Positions 1 through 9,113 are shown, counted from the first letter of the stretch. The stretch is DNA of 25,678 nt from Candidatus Firestoneibacteriota bacterium (GCA_043822305.1 JBDRBU010000122.1:1-25678), one strand, 5' to 3'. Notes: generated from the letters alone by a model not told the origin. Numbers and translations are program-made.

Positions 1-17
1 TAATCCTTGTTAAGCAT
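1..17 (-). CDS. 5' end of an unidentified gene running off the window (MLNKD...)
   Basis: Minus-strand GGAGG 10 nt before ATG at 17; only five codons visible. Confidence 0.4.
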
Positions 18-53
18 CTGTCATTTTCCTCCGTATAATATGTTTTTATTTAT

Positions 54-82
54 ATTATACAGGATTTAACAGATACTTTCTA
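54..82 (-). promoter_or_regulatory. putative sigma70 promoter for the off-window gene
   Basis: TAGAAA (77-82) - 17 nt - TATAAT (54-59) on minus strand. Confidence 0.45.
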
Positions 83-105
83 TTTCAAAGATCCATCCTA
101 TCCTA

Positions 106-1080
106 TTACATCTCTACAATAGAACCTGAAGAACCGGAATATTCTTCCCAAATATTCGGATAAGCCGGCTGGTCCCGCTCCGCGCCAAAAGGCGGATTGG
201 CAATGACTACGCTTTTACTACCGGCATCGGTTGATGGGTCATACATCTTTAAGCTGTCGCCCTGGACAATATTTTGCGGATTAAGTCCACGGATATACAT
301 ATTTACTGCTGCCATCTTGCGGATACGTCCCTGATATTCAGTACCGCCAATTCCTACGCGGTAAAACTGATTAGCAATATGCTCCGGCGGGAATTGTCTT
401 GTTTTTCTTGCCTTCTCTATGACATATTCATATGTATCAAAGAGAAATCCGGCTGTGCCGCAGGCAGGGTCAAAGATAGTATCAGTAAAATTCGGGTCAA
501 CCATTTCCACCATCATTTTGCGAATATGGTCTGGTGTTCTATTCAGTCCTAAATCCTTTGTCCCGCCAGTTTCAGAAAGTGCAGACTCAATAGCATCGCC
601 TAAAAGGTCAGTTTTTAATATCCTTTTTTCTTCAATCTCATTAACAAGCCCAATGACTTCGGCTATAACACCACCCTTAACATTGTTGGTAAAGTTGGAA
701 TTAGCAAATACCTCCTCCATAAGCACCAATTGATCCTGCATTTTAGATGGCATATTACCACTAATCACCTGCCTAACCTTAGTAAGAATAGTAGCATAGA
801 ACGGAAAAATATTTTTGTTAATCTCAGATAGCACCTGCTCACCAGTAAGGGAAAGCAGATGAGAAAAAAGGAGGCGATAATTTTCGCCTTCAAACAGTTT
901 TCGTAAGGAAGCAAAAGATTCCTCCTGTTTGAGTTTTGCTTCAAAGGTGCGAAGCAATAAAAGTTCAATAATATACTCCACGCGTTCAACCGGGGTGCCG
1001 GCTGGACGCAGTTTATTATGTAATCGCTTTAAAATATTATTTGTTTCGTTGTCTGCGTAATGAACGGTTGATCTTCCCAT
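106..1080 (-). pseudogene. hsdM: Type I restriction-modification methyltransferase subunit HsdM (N6-adenine MTase), C-terminally truncated
   Basis: HsdM N-terminal helical region, motif I FDPACGTAGFL, motif IV NPPF. The ORF stops about 27 residues after NPPF (324 aa versus roughly 500 aa typical). Confidence 0.8.
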
Positions 1081-1082
1081 AT

Positions 1083-3449
1083 TTACACCTTAAAAGTTGA
1101 TTGTAACTCATCAAAAACTTGAGATAGTCGGTTATCAAATTTTTGATCGATTTCCTGATAATCCGCTCCAATTAGTCGCACATATACAGGATTATTAAAT
1201 ATATCCCTCGCAGTAATGCGATTTTGATGAACGATATTTTCTGCAAAAATATCTTTCATATCCTGCAGGATATGGATTTGATCATCAGTAAATCTATAGG
1301 TTTTCAAATATGAATCAAATCCACGCTCAATGCGTTCCTTTGGCGTAGGGATTTTCTTAATCTTTAAGGCGTGCAAAAAGAAGTCCCAAATTGACCCTTG
1401 ATTAAAGTCATATACCTTTTGAAGTTGCCCTTCATCAAGGTATACTTGCGGATTTTTTGTCCAAACCTTAATTATTTCTACTTCATTTACACTTGGCTCA
1501 TACTCCTTGTCTTTCTGAGCCTTGTTCTTGATTTCAATAATTTCTGGCTTATCGGACTTTTCCAACTCTTGTTCAAACAACTCTCGTGCCTTTTCGATGG
1601 GAATATTGTCAATCACTTGTATTTTATCGCCATGAAGATATACACGCTGAATAAGGTGTGCTGGATCAGGGTTATCAATTATAAACCATTCACCCTTTGG
1701 TCCTGGTTCCGGTTCTGGACCACCACCACCTCCGGTTACAATATGTATATTTTCTTTCGGTGTTCCCTTGCCGTTATCTTCCATAGCGGAGCATAATCCA
1801 AAAAAGTCTAATACCTTGAAACTGAATTTACCTGATTTTGGGTCAAGACGGGTGCCCCTGCCAAGCATTTGAATATATTTGCCCACGGATTTGGTAAGCA
1901 TGGCAAAGGAAATATAACGAACGCAAGGAATATCAACTCCTGTTCCCATAATATCTACAGAAATAGCAATAAACGGCTTGTGGGTGGCATCCTTAAACCA
2001 TTTTTTGAAGGTTGCATTAAGGTCATTGTTATCGGAAATAATTGCTTCAGCATAGCGTGGACTGGCTTCATCCTCCGGAGTGGCAAAAACCTTATTTATC
2101 GCTTGTGTTAGCATAATGCAATGTGGCTGACTGGCTCCAAACAAAATCACTTTTTCTCCGTATTCTGTATTGGCTTTTATTTCCTCTGCTATTCGCAGAC
2201 ACTGATTTTCAGAAATATACTTGCGGTCTAATTGTTCAAGCATCAGTTTTTTCTGCTGGTCAAGTTCTATCTTCTTTCTTTCATCAGGGTCAAAAACATA
2301 ACTAAACTCAACACCCTTTTCTCGTGCCAATCTCGTAAGCCCCGTTTCAATAGATAGCACTTGATATGGTGCTAAAAATTTTTCGTCAATTCCCCTTGTC
2401 AAGTTAAATTGATAGTCCGGATTCCCTGTTTCGCAACCAAAAAGTTTGTATGTATCTAATATAGCCAGATCTTCTTCTGAAACATCTTTTCCCTTTGCAG
2501 CAATTGCTTCTCTTGGAGTAGCAGTTAAGCCAATACGAGGGCATAAGAAATGATCAAAAATAAGTTTCCTGTTGATATTAATAGACCGATGGCATTCATC
2601 AACAATAATTAAATCGTAAAAGGTACTTGGAATGTTTTGATAAATATTTTCCAATGTATCTATGACAACAATATGAATTTGAGTATTTTTATATTGGCGA
2701 TAATTAGAAGAGGTAATCCGAACAGCAGAAAATCTTTTACTAATTAAAGAAAAGCCGTCATTGAACGATTGGTCTGCGAGAAGAATACGATCAGCCACAA
2801 AAAGCACTCGTTTTGCCATGTTGTATTCAAGGAGTGCTTTGACAAAAGCAACCATTGTCCGAGTTTTTCCAAGACCGGTTGCCATATGCACCAGCATTTT
2901 TTGTTTGCCTTGTTTAAACTTTTGCAAAAGCGTTTTGATGCACTCAATCTGGAAATACATTTCTTTGCCACAACTCGGATTAATCCCACCTGCTATTGTT
3001 TTATCAATCAAAATTTCGCGATCAAGATTTATTTTTTTTGCTTGCTCAATTTTTAACAGCATTTCTTCACGCGACATGAAGATGTCAACTTGTCTGAACT
3101 CGCCTGCTTCAAGCCCTTTCCACTCAGTATCATAAAAAAGTTTTCGTTCAGGAGAGCAAGCGTACAAAAAACGCGGTTTTAATATCATGGCGTAAAGAGT
3201 GCGTAGTTTGGTAAGAGCTTTTTTCTCGTCCTCAAATTTGTTTTCAAACACAGCAAGAATATTTCCGTTAATATCCGTGAGGATAATATCGGGTTTTATG
3301 CTTTTCTTTCCTTCAAATATTTTTTGTTGTTCCGGTGTTAAAGTAAATTCTTGCTGGTAAAGTAAGGTATCGCCAGTCTTCCAACCAAGTTGTCTTAATT
3401 CCTCAATAACTTTTAAATCAGTATCTGTTGCTTCATTTATTTTTGCCAT
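1083..3449 (-). CDS. hsdR: Type I restriction endonuclease subunit R (EcoEI/EcoKI-like HsdR)
   Basis: N-terminal PD...ExK nuclease (KPDIIL...VFENK), Walker A MATGLGKT, DECH box, GLTATP, QMLGRGTR; adjacent to hsdM. Confidence 0.9.
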   Translation of the reverse strand: MAKINEATDTDLKVIEELRQLGWKTGDTLLYQQEFTLTPEQQKIFEGKKSIKPDIILTDINGNILAVFENKFEDEKKALTKLRTLYAMILKPRFLYACSPERKLFYDTEWKGLEAGEFRQVDIFMSREEMLLKIEQAKKINLDREILIDKTIAGGINPSCGKEMYFQIECIKTLLQKFKQGKQKMLVHMATGLGKTRTMVAFVKALLEYNMAKRVLFVADRILLADQSFNDGFSLISKRFSAVRITSSNYRQYKNTQIHIVVIDTLENIYQNIPSTFYDLIIVDECHRSININRKLIFDHFLCPRIGLTATPREAIAAKGKDVSEEDLAILDTYKLFGCETGNPDYQFNLTRGIDEKFLAPYQVLSIETGLTRLAREKGVEFSYVFDPDERKKIELDQQKKLMLEQLDRKYISENQCLRIAEEIKANTEYGEKVILFGASQPHCIMLTQAINKVFATPEDEASPRYAEAIISDNNDLNATFKKWFKDATHKPFIAISVDIMGTGVDIPCVRYISFAMLTKSVGKYIQMLGRGTRLDPKSGKFSFKVLDFFGLCSAMEDNGKGTPKENIHIVTGGGGGPEPEPGPKGEWFIIDNPDPAHLIQRVYLHGDKIQVIDNIPIEKARELFEQELEKSDKPEIIEIKNKAQKDKEYEPSVNEVEIIKVWTKNPQVYLDEGQLQKVYDFNQGSIWDFFLHALKIKKIPTPKERIERGFDSYLKTYRFTDDQIHILQDMKDIFAENIVHQNRITARDIFNNPVYVRLIGADYQEIDQKFDNRLSQVFDELQSTFKV

Positions 3450-3828
3450 AGTTTAAATGATGCACCTTTATATCCTTCATTGGGTAATGTTTTTCGTTAA
3501 AAGTAATTAAGTATGCTTTTGCACAAAAGCTGCTTGCCGCAATTAAGGCATCGCCAAGTTACACTCCATGGCTTTTTCGATAAAACTTAAGGTATGTTCC
3601 AGCCTTTTCTCCAATTTTTTCATCAATTAAAACACACTCTAATTGAGCAAAAAAGTTAGCCGTTTTATTTTCTTCCCCATTTCTTATCCCATGGTAAATT
3701 TCAGCTTTAGTAACAGGAGAATAACAGAGGATATTCCCTTTGAGGTAAAGTTTTTTGAGAAGGTTTACTACTTTTATGTTCTCTCGCAAGATTTCAATAA
3801 TCACATCAGAATCTAATAGATACTTCAC
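3433..3828 (-). pseudogene. vapC: PIN-domain VapC-family toxin interrupted by in-frame TAA at 3559-3561
   Basis: YLLDSDVII and AEIYHG PIN motifs. Reading through the stop gives LGDALIAAS...LITFNEKHYP, the conserved PIN C-terminal motif, ending at TGA 3433-3435 (131 codons). Confidence 0.85.
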
Positions 3829-4082
3829 AGACCTAACCTTTCTATTCTACGCTCCTTGCGAATACTACGAAGATATTCTTGGGTTGAACCAATATCCTGC
3901 CTTTTAACCCATAAGCCAGTAATATTATCGAGTGCCTTTTCAAAATTAGCGTTTTCTTTTTTAGTATATACCTTATCAATAGACTGCCGAATTAATTCAG
4001 CTATAGTAAGATGTTTAATTTCTTTGGCAATATTTAAATTACGCCATTGGTCCTCTTCCAGATAAATTTGTGTCCGCCTCAT
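3825..4082 (-). CDS. Ribbon-helix-helix (CopG/VapB-like) antitoxin
   Basis: MRRTQIYL...TIAELIRQSID RHH signature; AGGAGGT RBS before ATG 4082; 4-nt overlap with the PIN gene. Confidence 0.85.
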   Translation of the reverse strand: MRRTQIYLEEDQWRNLNIAKEIKHLTIAELIRQSIDKVYTKKENANFEKALDNITGLWVKRQDIGSTQEYLRSIRKERRIERLGL

Positions 4083-4100
4083 AAAAAATACCTCCTTTTG

Positions 4101-4135
4101 ATGTATATTATACATTAAATAATACTATTTGTCAA
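4101..4135 (-). promoter_or_regulatory. consensus sigma70 promoter with overlapping palindromic operator (TA autoregulation)
   Basis: TTGACA (4130-4135) - 17 nt - TATAAT (4107-4112); inverted repeat ATGTATA-N-TATACAT at 4101-4115 covers the -10. Confidence 0.8.
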
Positions 4136-4136
4136 A

Positions 4137-4162
4137 CTTTCGTTTTGCCTTTCGTTTTGCCT
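4137..4162. repeat. 12-bp perfect tandem duplication CTTTCGTTTTGC x2
   Basis: Units at 4137-4148 and 4149-4160, at the fabD/island junction. Confidence 0.8.
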
Positions 4163-4208
4163 CATACAAAATCGATACTTGTAAGTATTTATATAGAATA
4201 GCATATTT

Positions 4209-5132
4209 TTATGAGGAGTTTTTACAAAAAGATACAAATTCTTCTAGTGTTTTAATATTCTCTATATTAAAAACTCTTGCATCTTTTTTTATTCTTTTAA
4301 CAAGCCCACTTAAAACTTTACCAGGACCAACTTCTATAAATAAATCAACCCCATTATTTATCATTTTATTTATTGTATCTTCCCATAACACTGGACTAAT
4401 TACTTGTTTTATTAGTAAATCTTTTATGGTCGTTCCCTCTTTTACATAATCACCTGTAACATTTGCCATAAAATTAATATTTGGACTAATAACTTTTATT
4501 TTTGCTATTTCCTTTTCTAATTTATCACAAGCGGATTTCATCAATGGAGAATGAAAAGGTCCACTGACAACAAGCGGTATTCCTCGACCACCATTAGATT
4601 TCGCCAAAGCACATACTTTTTCTACTCCAGATTTTTCTCCTGATATTACAATTTGGCCAGGTGAATTAAAATTCGCTGGTGTAACTAATCCGGATTTTGA
4701 ACCTTCTTTACAAAGTTCTTCCACTTTTTCTTTACTCAGGTTTAAAATCGCAGCCATAGTTCCCTTAGAGGCGGATTTCATAAATTCCCCACGCTTTCGA
4801 ACAACTTTAATTGCATCAGAAAAACTAATAGATTCACTGGCCACAAGAGCAGAAAATTCCCCCAGACTATGACCGGCAACTACATCTGGCTTAATTACAT
4901 CCTTTACAACTTCAAACATGGCGATGCTAACGGTTAATATGGAGGGTTGAGCATTTTCAGTTGATTTTAAAACTTCTTCAGGACCATTAAAACAAATATC
5001 GGAAATTTTAAAATTAAGTTCCTTATTTGCTATATTAAAAATTTCCTTACTTTTTTCAAATCTTTCATAAATCTCTTTTCCCATTCCAACATATTGAGAA
5101 CCTTGTCCTGGAAATAAAAAAGCAGTTTTCAT
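4209..5132 (-). CDS. fabD: Malonyl-CoA:ACP transacylase
   Basis: FPGQGSQ, catalytic GHSLG, GPFHS, EVGPG motifs. Confidence 0.97.
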   Translation of the reverse strand: MKTAFLFPGQGSQYVGMGKEIYERFEKSKEIFNIANKELNFKISDICFNGPEEVLKSTENAQPSILTVSIAMFEVVKDVIKPDVVAGHSLGEFSALVASESISFSDAIKVVRKRGEFMKSASKGTMAAILNLSKEKVEELCKEGSKSGLVTPANFNSPGQIVISGEKSGVEKVCALAKSNGGRGIPLVVSGPFHSPLMKSACDKLEKEIAKIKVISPNINFMANVTGDYVKEGTTIKDLLIKQVISPVLWEDTINKMINNGVDLFIEVGPGKVLSGLVKRIKKDARVFNIENIKTLEEFVSFCKNSS

Positions 5133-5136
5133 ATCA

Positions 5137-6129
5137 TCACCATCTAATGATTCCAGCTGCCATAGTTAAACCAGAACCAAATGATACTATTAAAATTGTA
5201 TCTTTTGATTTTATTTTCCCAGTTTTAAGAGCTTCATCTAAGGCTAGAGGGATAGAAGCAGAAGAAGTATTACCGTATTTCTCCAAATTTATAAAAACTT
5301 TATCTTTTGGCAATTCCATCCTTCTGGCCAGGGATTCAATAATTCTCATATTTGCTTGATGAGGAATAAACAATGAAATATCTTTATATGTTAGATTTGC
5401 TTTTTTTAATGCTCCATCAATACTTTTCTCCATTCCCCTGACGGCATATTTAAATACTTCGTTGCCTTCCATCTTCATATAATGACTTCTTTTATTGATA
5501 ACCTCTATGCTTATTGGCTCTCTTGAGCCTCCGCCTGGAACCATAAGTAAGTTTGTTTTTGAACCATCTGATAATGTATAAGTTGAAAGTATGCCTTGGC
5601 CATCCTCCACCTGTCCTAAAATAGCAGCACCGGCACCATCGCCCAGAAGTATACATGTATTCCTATCCTGCCAATCAACAACTTTTGATAGTGTTTCACT
5701 GCCAATAAGTAATACTGTTTTAACCTCCCCGCTTGATATAAACTGATTGGCAATAGAAAGACCATATATAAATCCTGAACACGCTGCAGAAATATCAAAA
5801 GCAGTTGCATTTATGGCCTTAATGTTTTTTTGAACAAAGCAAGCCGTAGATGGAAAAATCATATCTGGAGTAATGGTGGCGACAATAATCATATCTATTT
5901 CTTCTGGTTTTATTTTTGCATCTTCCATGGCTTTTAAGGCCGCTTTAGTTGCTAAATCAGAGGGAGCCGTATTTTCATCTGCTATTCTTCTTTCCTTTAT
6001 ACCAGTTCGACTAGTTATCCATTCATCAGATGTGTCTATCATTTTTTCTAAATCAAAATTTGTTAAGATTTTTTCAGGAACATATGACCCTATTCCTTTT
6101 ATTCCAACGCTTATTTTTTTATAACCCAT
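5137..6129 (-). CDS. fabH: 3-oxoacyl-ACP synthase III
   Basis: AACSGF (Cys), PHQAN (His), GNTSSAS (Asn) triad; start reassigned to ATG 6129 after a GGAGG RBS. Confidence 0.97.
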   Translation of the reverse strand: MGYKKISVGIKGIGSYVPEKILTNFDLEKMIDTSDEWITSRTGIKERRIADENTAPSDLATKAALKAMEDAKIKPEEIDMIIVATITPDMIFPSTACFVQKNIKAINATAFDISAACSGFIYGLSIANQFISSGEVKTVLLIGSETLSKVVDWQDRNTCILLGDGAGAAILGQVEDGQGILSTYTLSDGSKTNLLMVPGGGSREPISIEVINKRSHYMKMEGNEVFKYAVRGMEKSIDGALKKANLTYKDISLFIPHQANMRIIESLARRMELPKDKVFINLEKYGNTSSASIPLALDEALKTGKIKSKDTILIVSFGSGLTMAAGIIRW

Positions 6130-7132
6130 TATTTTCCTCCATATATTTGGAGATTTCTTCTTCAATATGAGAAACAACTTTACAAGATGTTAAATCTGCT
6201 GCTGTTTTTATAGCATTTTTAATTGCCTTAACATTTGAACTACCATGACTGATAAAACATGGGGCATTTATGCCAAGGAGTGGGGCACTTCCATATTCTG
6301 AATAATCCATTCTTTTAACAATGCTCTTTAATACTGGACTAATTAACATTGCTCCAAAGGAAATAAATATACTGGAATTTTCCAGTTCTTTTTTAAATAT
6401 CTTGAAAAGTTTTGAAATAAAACTTTCACCAAATTTCAAAACAACATTCCCGATAAATCCATCACAAACTATTACATCTGCTTTATCTCCTAATATATCC
6501 CTGCCTTCAACATTTCCAATAAAATTTAAATCTGTTTTTCTTATTAGTTTTGCCGTCTCTATTACAAGTTCATTACCCTTTTTTTCTTCTTCTCCAACAC
6601 TAAGTAAGGCTACTCTTGGTCTATCAATCCCGGCTAAATATTTAAAGTAAATACTTCCCATTATAGCAAACTGCATTAGATGTTTTGGCTTGCAATCTGC
6701 ATTTGCACCAACATCTAAAAATAAAGTTTTACCCTGAACCGAAGGAAAGAGCGTGGCTATGGCTGGTCTTGATACTCCTTTAATCCGACCTAATTCAAAT
6801 AAGGCCGTAGCCATAACTGCACCGGTATTACCGGCTGAAACGACTGCATCTGCTTTACCTTCTTTTACAAGTTTAATAGCAGCTAAAAGCGAGGAATCTT
6901 TTTTTTGTTTATATGCATCCGTGGGAGATTCATGCATATTTATTATCTGAGAAGCATGACAGATACTTATGGGTAATCCTTTTACCTTATGATTATTGAT
7001 TTCAGCGGTTATTCTTTCTTTATCTCCGACTAAAACCACCTCTAGACCAAATTCTCTGGCTGCTTCAATCGCTCCCTCTACTTCAATTCTGGGAGCATTA
7101 TCTCCACCCATGGCATCTAAAGAGATTTTCAC
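6119..7132 (-). CDS. plsX: Phosphate acyltransferase PlsX
   Basis: DAMGGD, SAGNTGA, LDVGANAD, CDGFIGN motifs; rpmF-plsX-fabH synteny. Confidence 0.97.
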   Translation of the reverse strand: MKISLDAMGGDNAPRIEVEGAIEAAREFGLEVVLVGDKERITAEINNHKVKGLPISICHASQIINMHESPTDAYKQKKDSSLLAAIKLVKEGKADAVVSAGNTGAVMATALFELGRIKGVSRPAIATLFPSVQGKTLFLDVGANADCKPKHLMQFAIMGSIYFKYLAGIDRPRVALLSVGEEEKKGNELVIETAKLIRKTDLNFIGNVEGRDILGDKADVIVCDGFIGNVVLKFGESFISKLFKIFKKELENSSIFISFGAMLISPVLKSIVKRMDYSEYGSAPLLGINAPCFISHGSSNVKAIKNAIKTAADLTSCKVVSHIEEEISKYMEENNGL

Positions 7133-7133
7133 C

Positions 7134-7307
7134 TTACACCTCTAAAACTTCTTTTTTACCATAGTACCCACAGTTATCACATATATAATGTGGAAGTTTT
7201 AACTGTTTACATTGTGGACAAGTAGTTAAATTTGGGGGACTTAACTTCCACTGCGACCTTCTTTTATCTCTTCTTGAAGCAGAAAATCTTCTTTTTGGAT
7301 TTGCCAT
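7134..7307 (-). CDS. rpmF: 50S ribosomal protein L32 (Zn-binding type), 57 aa; absent from the ORF track
   Basis: Hand translation MANPKRRFSASRRDKRRSQWKLSPPNLTTCPQCKQLKLPHYICDNCGYYGKKEVLEV; GGAGG RBS; lies between yceD and plsX. Confidence 0.95.
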   Translation of the reverse strand: MANPKRRFSASRRDKRRSQWKLSPPNLTTCPQCKQLKLPHYICDNCGYYGKKEVLEV

Positions 7308-7774
7308 TTTTCCTCCTTTTTACAACCGCATTTTTCTGAATTAATGTTCTGGCCACAGTAACAACACAATCCTTTGCAATCCTCTTTACAAACAGGTTTC
7401 ATTGGTATCTCTAATATTATAGTTTGTTTTACATCATCATCTACATCTAATATATCTCCGGTAAATGTAATTTCGTCCATCTCTTCTTTATTTACCGCGC
7501 CATATTTTGATATTTCATCTTTAGCATAAATTAACTTAAAATTAGAATAAATATTATACTTGAATTTTTCCAAACATCTACTACATTCAAGTAAAATTAC
7601 TGTTTTTATCTTCCCTTTAACAATAAATTTCTCTCCTATTTTATTAATTTCAATATCAGAAGAAATCAATTCTTCAAATTCAGCCTCTTCTGGTTTAAAT
7701 CCAATTTCTTCTGGAGTCTCGTTTAGATTAAATTGATTAACTCCGTCTTTTAAATCTTTAATATCTATTTTCAT
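7241..7774 (-). CDS. yceD: YceD/DUF177 family protein (large-subunit rRNA accumulation)
   Basis: ECSRCL and PMKPVCKEDCKGLCCYCGQNIN motifs; upstream of rpmF. Confidence 0.92.
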   Translation of the reverse strand: MKIDIKDLKDGVNQFNLNETPEEIGFKPEEAEFEELISSDIEINKIGEKFIVKGKIKTVILLECSRCLEKFKYNIYSNFKLIYAKDEISKYGAVNKEEMDEITFTGDILDVDDDVKQTIILEIPMKPVCKEDCKGLCCYCGQNINSEKCGCKKEEKWQIQKEDFLLQEEIKEGRSGS

Positions 7775-7785
7775 AATGATATAAT

Positions 7786-7814
7786 ATTATAACTCAGTAA
7801 CTGGCAAAAGTCAA
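7786..7814 (-). promoter_or_regulatory. sigma70 promoter of the yceD-rpmF-plsX-fab operon
   Basis: TTGACT (7809-7814) - 17 nt - TATAAT (7786-7791); the -10 is only 11 nt from the ATG. Confidence 0.7.
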
Positions 7815-7837
7815 TTAGAAAAACATTAGAAAAACAT
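7814..7837. repeat. 11-bp tandem duplication ATTAGAAAAAC x2
   Basis: Units at 7814-7824 and 7825-7835. Confidence 0.8.
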
Positions 7838-7841
7838 ACAT

Positions 7842-7891
7842 TATAACCGCAAAATGATAATGTCCTAATATAGCAAAGTAGAAATGTCCTA
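7842..7891 (+). mobile_element. solo insertion-sequence end, IS1202/ISNCY-like, no transposase
   Basis: TATAACC start (TGT-like terminus) followed by two 19-bp direct repeats GCAAAATGATAATGTCCTA / GCAAAGTAGAAATGTCCTA with 24-bp period. Confidence 0.55.
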
Positions 7892-7953
7892 TTAAATAGT
7901 AGTGGTTATAACTCCTTAAATATGATAAAATAAAGAATTGTGGGAGGTAGTAA

Positions 7954-9096
7954 ATGCTTTTAACCAGGGAAAAATTAGAAGATGATGAAGAAAAATTTTT
8001 AGAATCATATGGAGTAAAGAGTAAATTTTCCAAAGGTAGAAAAATTAAAGAGCCTGAACATCCTTATAGAACTTGTTTTCAAAGAGATAGAGATAGGATT
8101 GTTCATAGTAATGCCTTTAGAAGATTAGAATACAAAACTCAAGTATTTGTTATACACGAAAATGACTATTACCGGACAAGATTAACACATACTATAGAAG
8201 TAACACAAATTGCAAGAACAATAGCCAAAGCTTTAAGATTGAATGAAGATTTAGTCGAAGCAATTGCTTTAGCCCATGATTTAGGACATACGCCTTTTGG
8301 TCACTCTGGCGAAGAAAAATTAAATAAATTAATGAAAAAATACGGTGGATTTGAACATAACAAACAAAGTTTAAGAATTGTAGATGAATTAGAAGAAAGA
8401 TATCCTGAATTTTCTGGATTAAACTTAACTTATGAAGTTAGAGAAGGTTTAGCAAAACATAAAACTGATTTTGATAATTCATTATCTAAAGAATTTAAGA
8501 CTAGATTCCCTTCCCTCGAAGCACGAGTAGTAAATTTAGCAGATGAAATAGCATACTGTAGCCATGATTTAGATGATGGAATAAAATCTAATCTGATAAA
8601 AATAGACGATGTAGATAAACTAGAAATTTGCAAGGAGATTTCCCAAAAACTTTCCAATCTTTCTTTTGAAAAAAGAAGATACCTTTTAGTCAGAAACATA
8701 ATTAATACTTTATCTACAGATTTAATTAACGAAACAGTAAAAAATCTAAAAATATATAAAATAAAATCTGTAAATGATGTTAGAAATGTAAACAAACCAA
8801 TTGTGAGTTTTAGTTCTGTCATGATTAAAAAAAAGAAAGAATTAAGAGAGTTCTTATTCAAAAATCTTTATAAACATTATAAGGTTGTAAGAATGGAAGT
8901 AAAAGCACATAAAATACTTGAGGATTTATTTAACACATATCTAAAAAATTTTAATAAAATTCTGCCGTCTGATTTATTAGAAAAAATAAAAAAATATTAC
9001 AAAGAGCAAATAGTCTGTGATTTTATTGCAGGTATGACCGATAGATATGCTCTTGAAGAGCATAAAAAACTCTTTGACCCCACTGAAAGGGTATAA
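7954..9096 (+). CDS. dgt: Deoxyguanosinetriphosphate triphosphohydrolase (HD domain)
   Basis: FQRDRDRI, RTRLTHT, HDLGHTPFGHSGE, DFIAGMTD motifs; GGAGGT RBS. Confidence 0.95.
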   Translation: MLLTREKLEDDEEKFLESYGVKSKFSKGRKIKEPEHPYRTCFQRDRDRIVHSNAFRRLEYKTQVFVIHENDYYRTRLTHTIEVTQIARTIAKALRLNEDLVEAIALAHDLGHTPFGHSGEEKLNKLMKKYGGFEHNKQSLRIVDELEERYPEFSGLNLTYEVREGLAKHKTDFDNSLSKEFKTRFPSLEARVVNLADEIAYCSHDLDDGIKSNLIKIDDVDKLEICKEISQKLSNLSFEKRRYLLVRNIINTLSTDLINETVKNLKIYKIKSVNDVRNVNKPIVSFSSVMIKKKKELREFLFKNLYKHYKVVRMEVKAHKILEDLFNTYLKNFNKILPSDLLEKIKKYYKEQIVCDFIAGMTDRYALEEHKKLFDPTERV

Positions 9097-9113
9097 TTTA
9101 CGAGGAGAAACTT

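Noticed and set aside
274..3135. Short ORFs antisense or out of frame within hsdM/hsdR
   Set aside because: Shadows of well-supported genes, with no motifs or RBS
3559..3561. Stop-codon recoding or alternative genetic code explaining the VapC stop
   Set aside because: TAA, TAG and TGA all end conserved genes in this window
4129..4449. 106-aa plus-strand ORF
   Set aside because: Mostly antisense to the fabD 3' end; no recognisable family
7815..8033. 72-aa minus-strand ORF with GHFYF..GHYHF
   Set aside because: Antisense to dgt; the repeated peptide is just translation of the IS-end direct repeats
7954..9096. dGTPase as an antiviral nucleotide-depletion system
   Set aside because: Housekeeping-type size and motifs, and in an operon with dedA and gltX rather than a defence context
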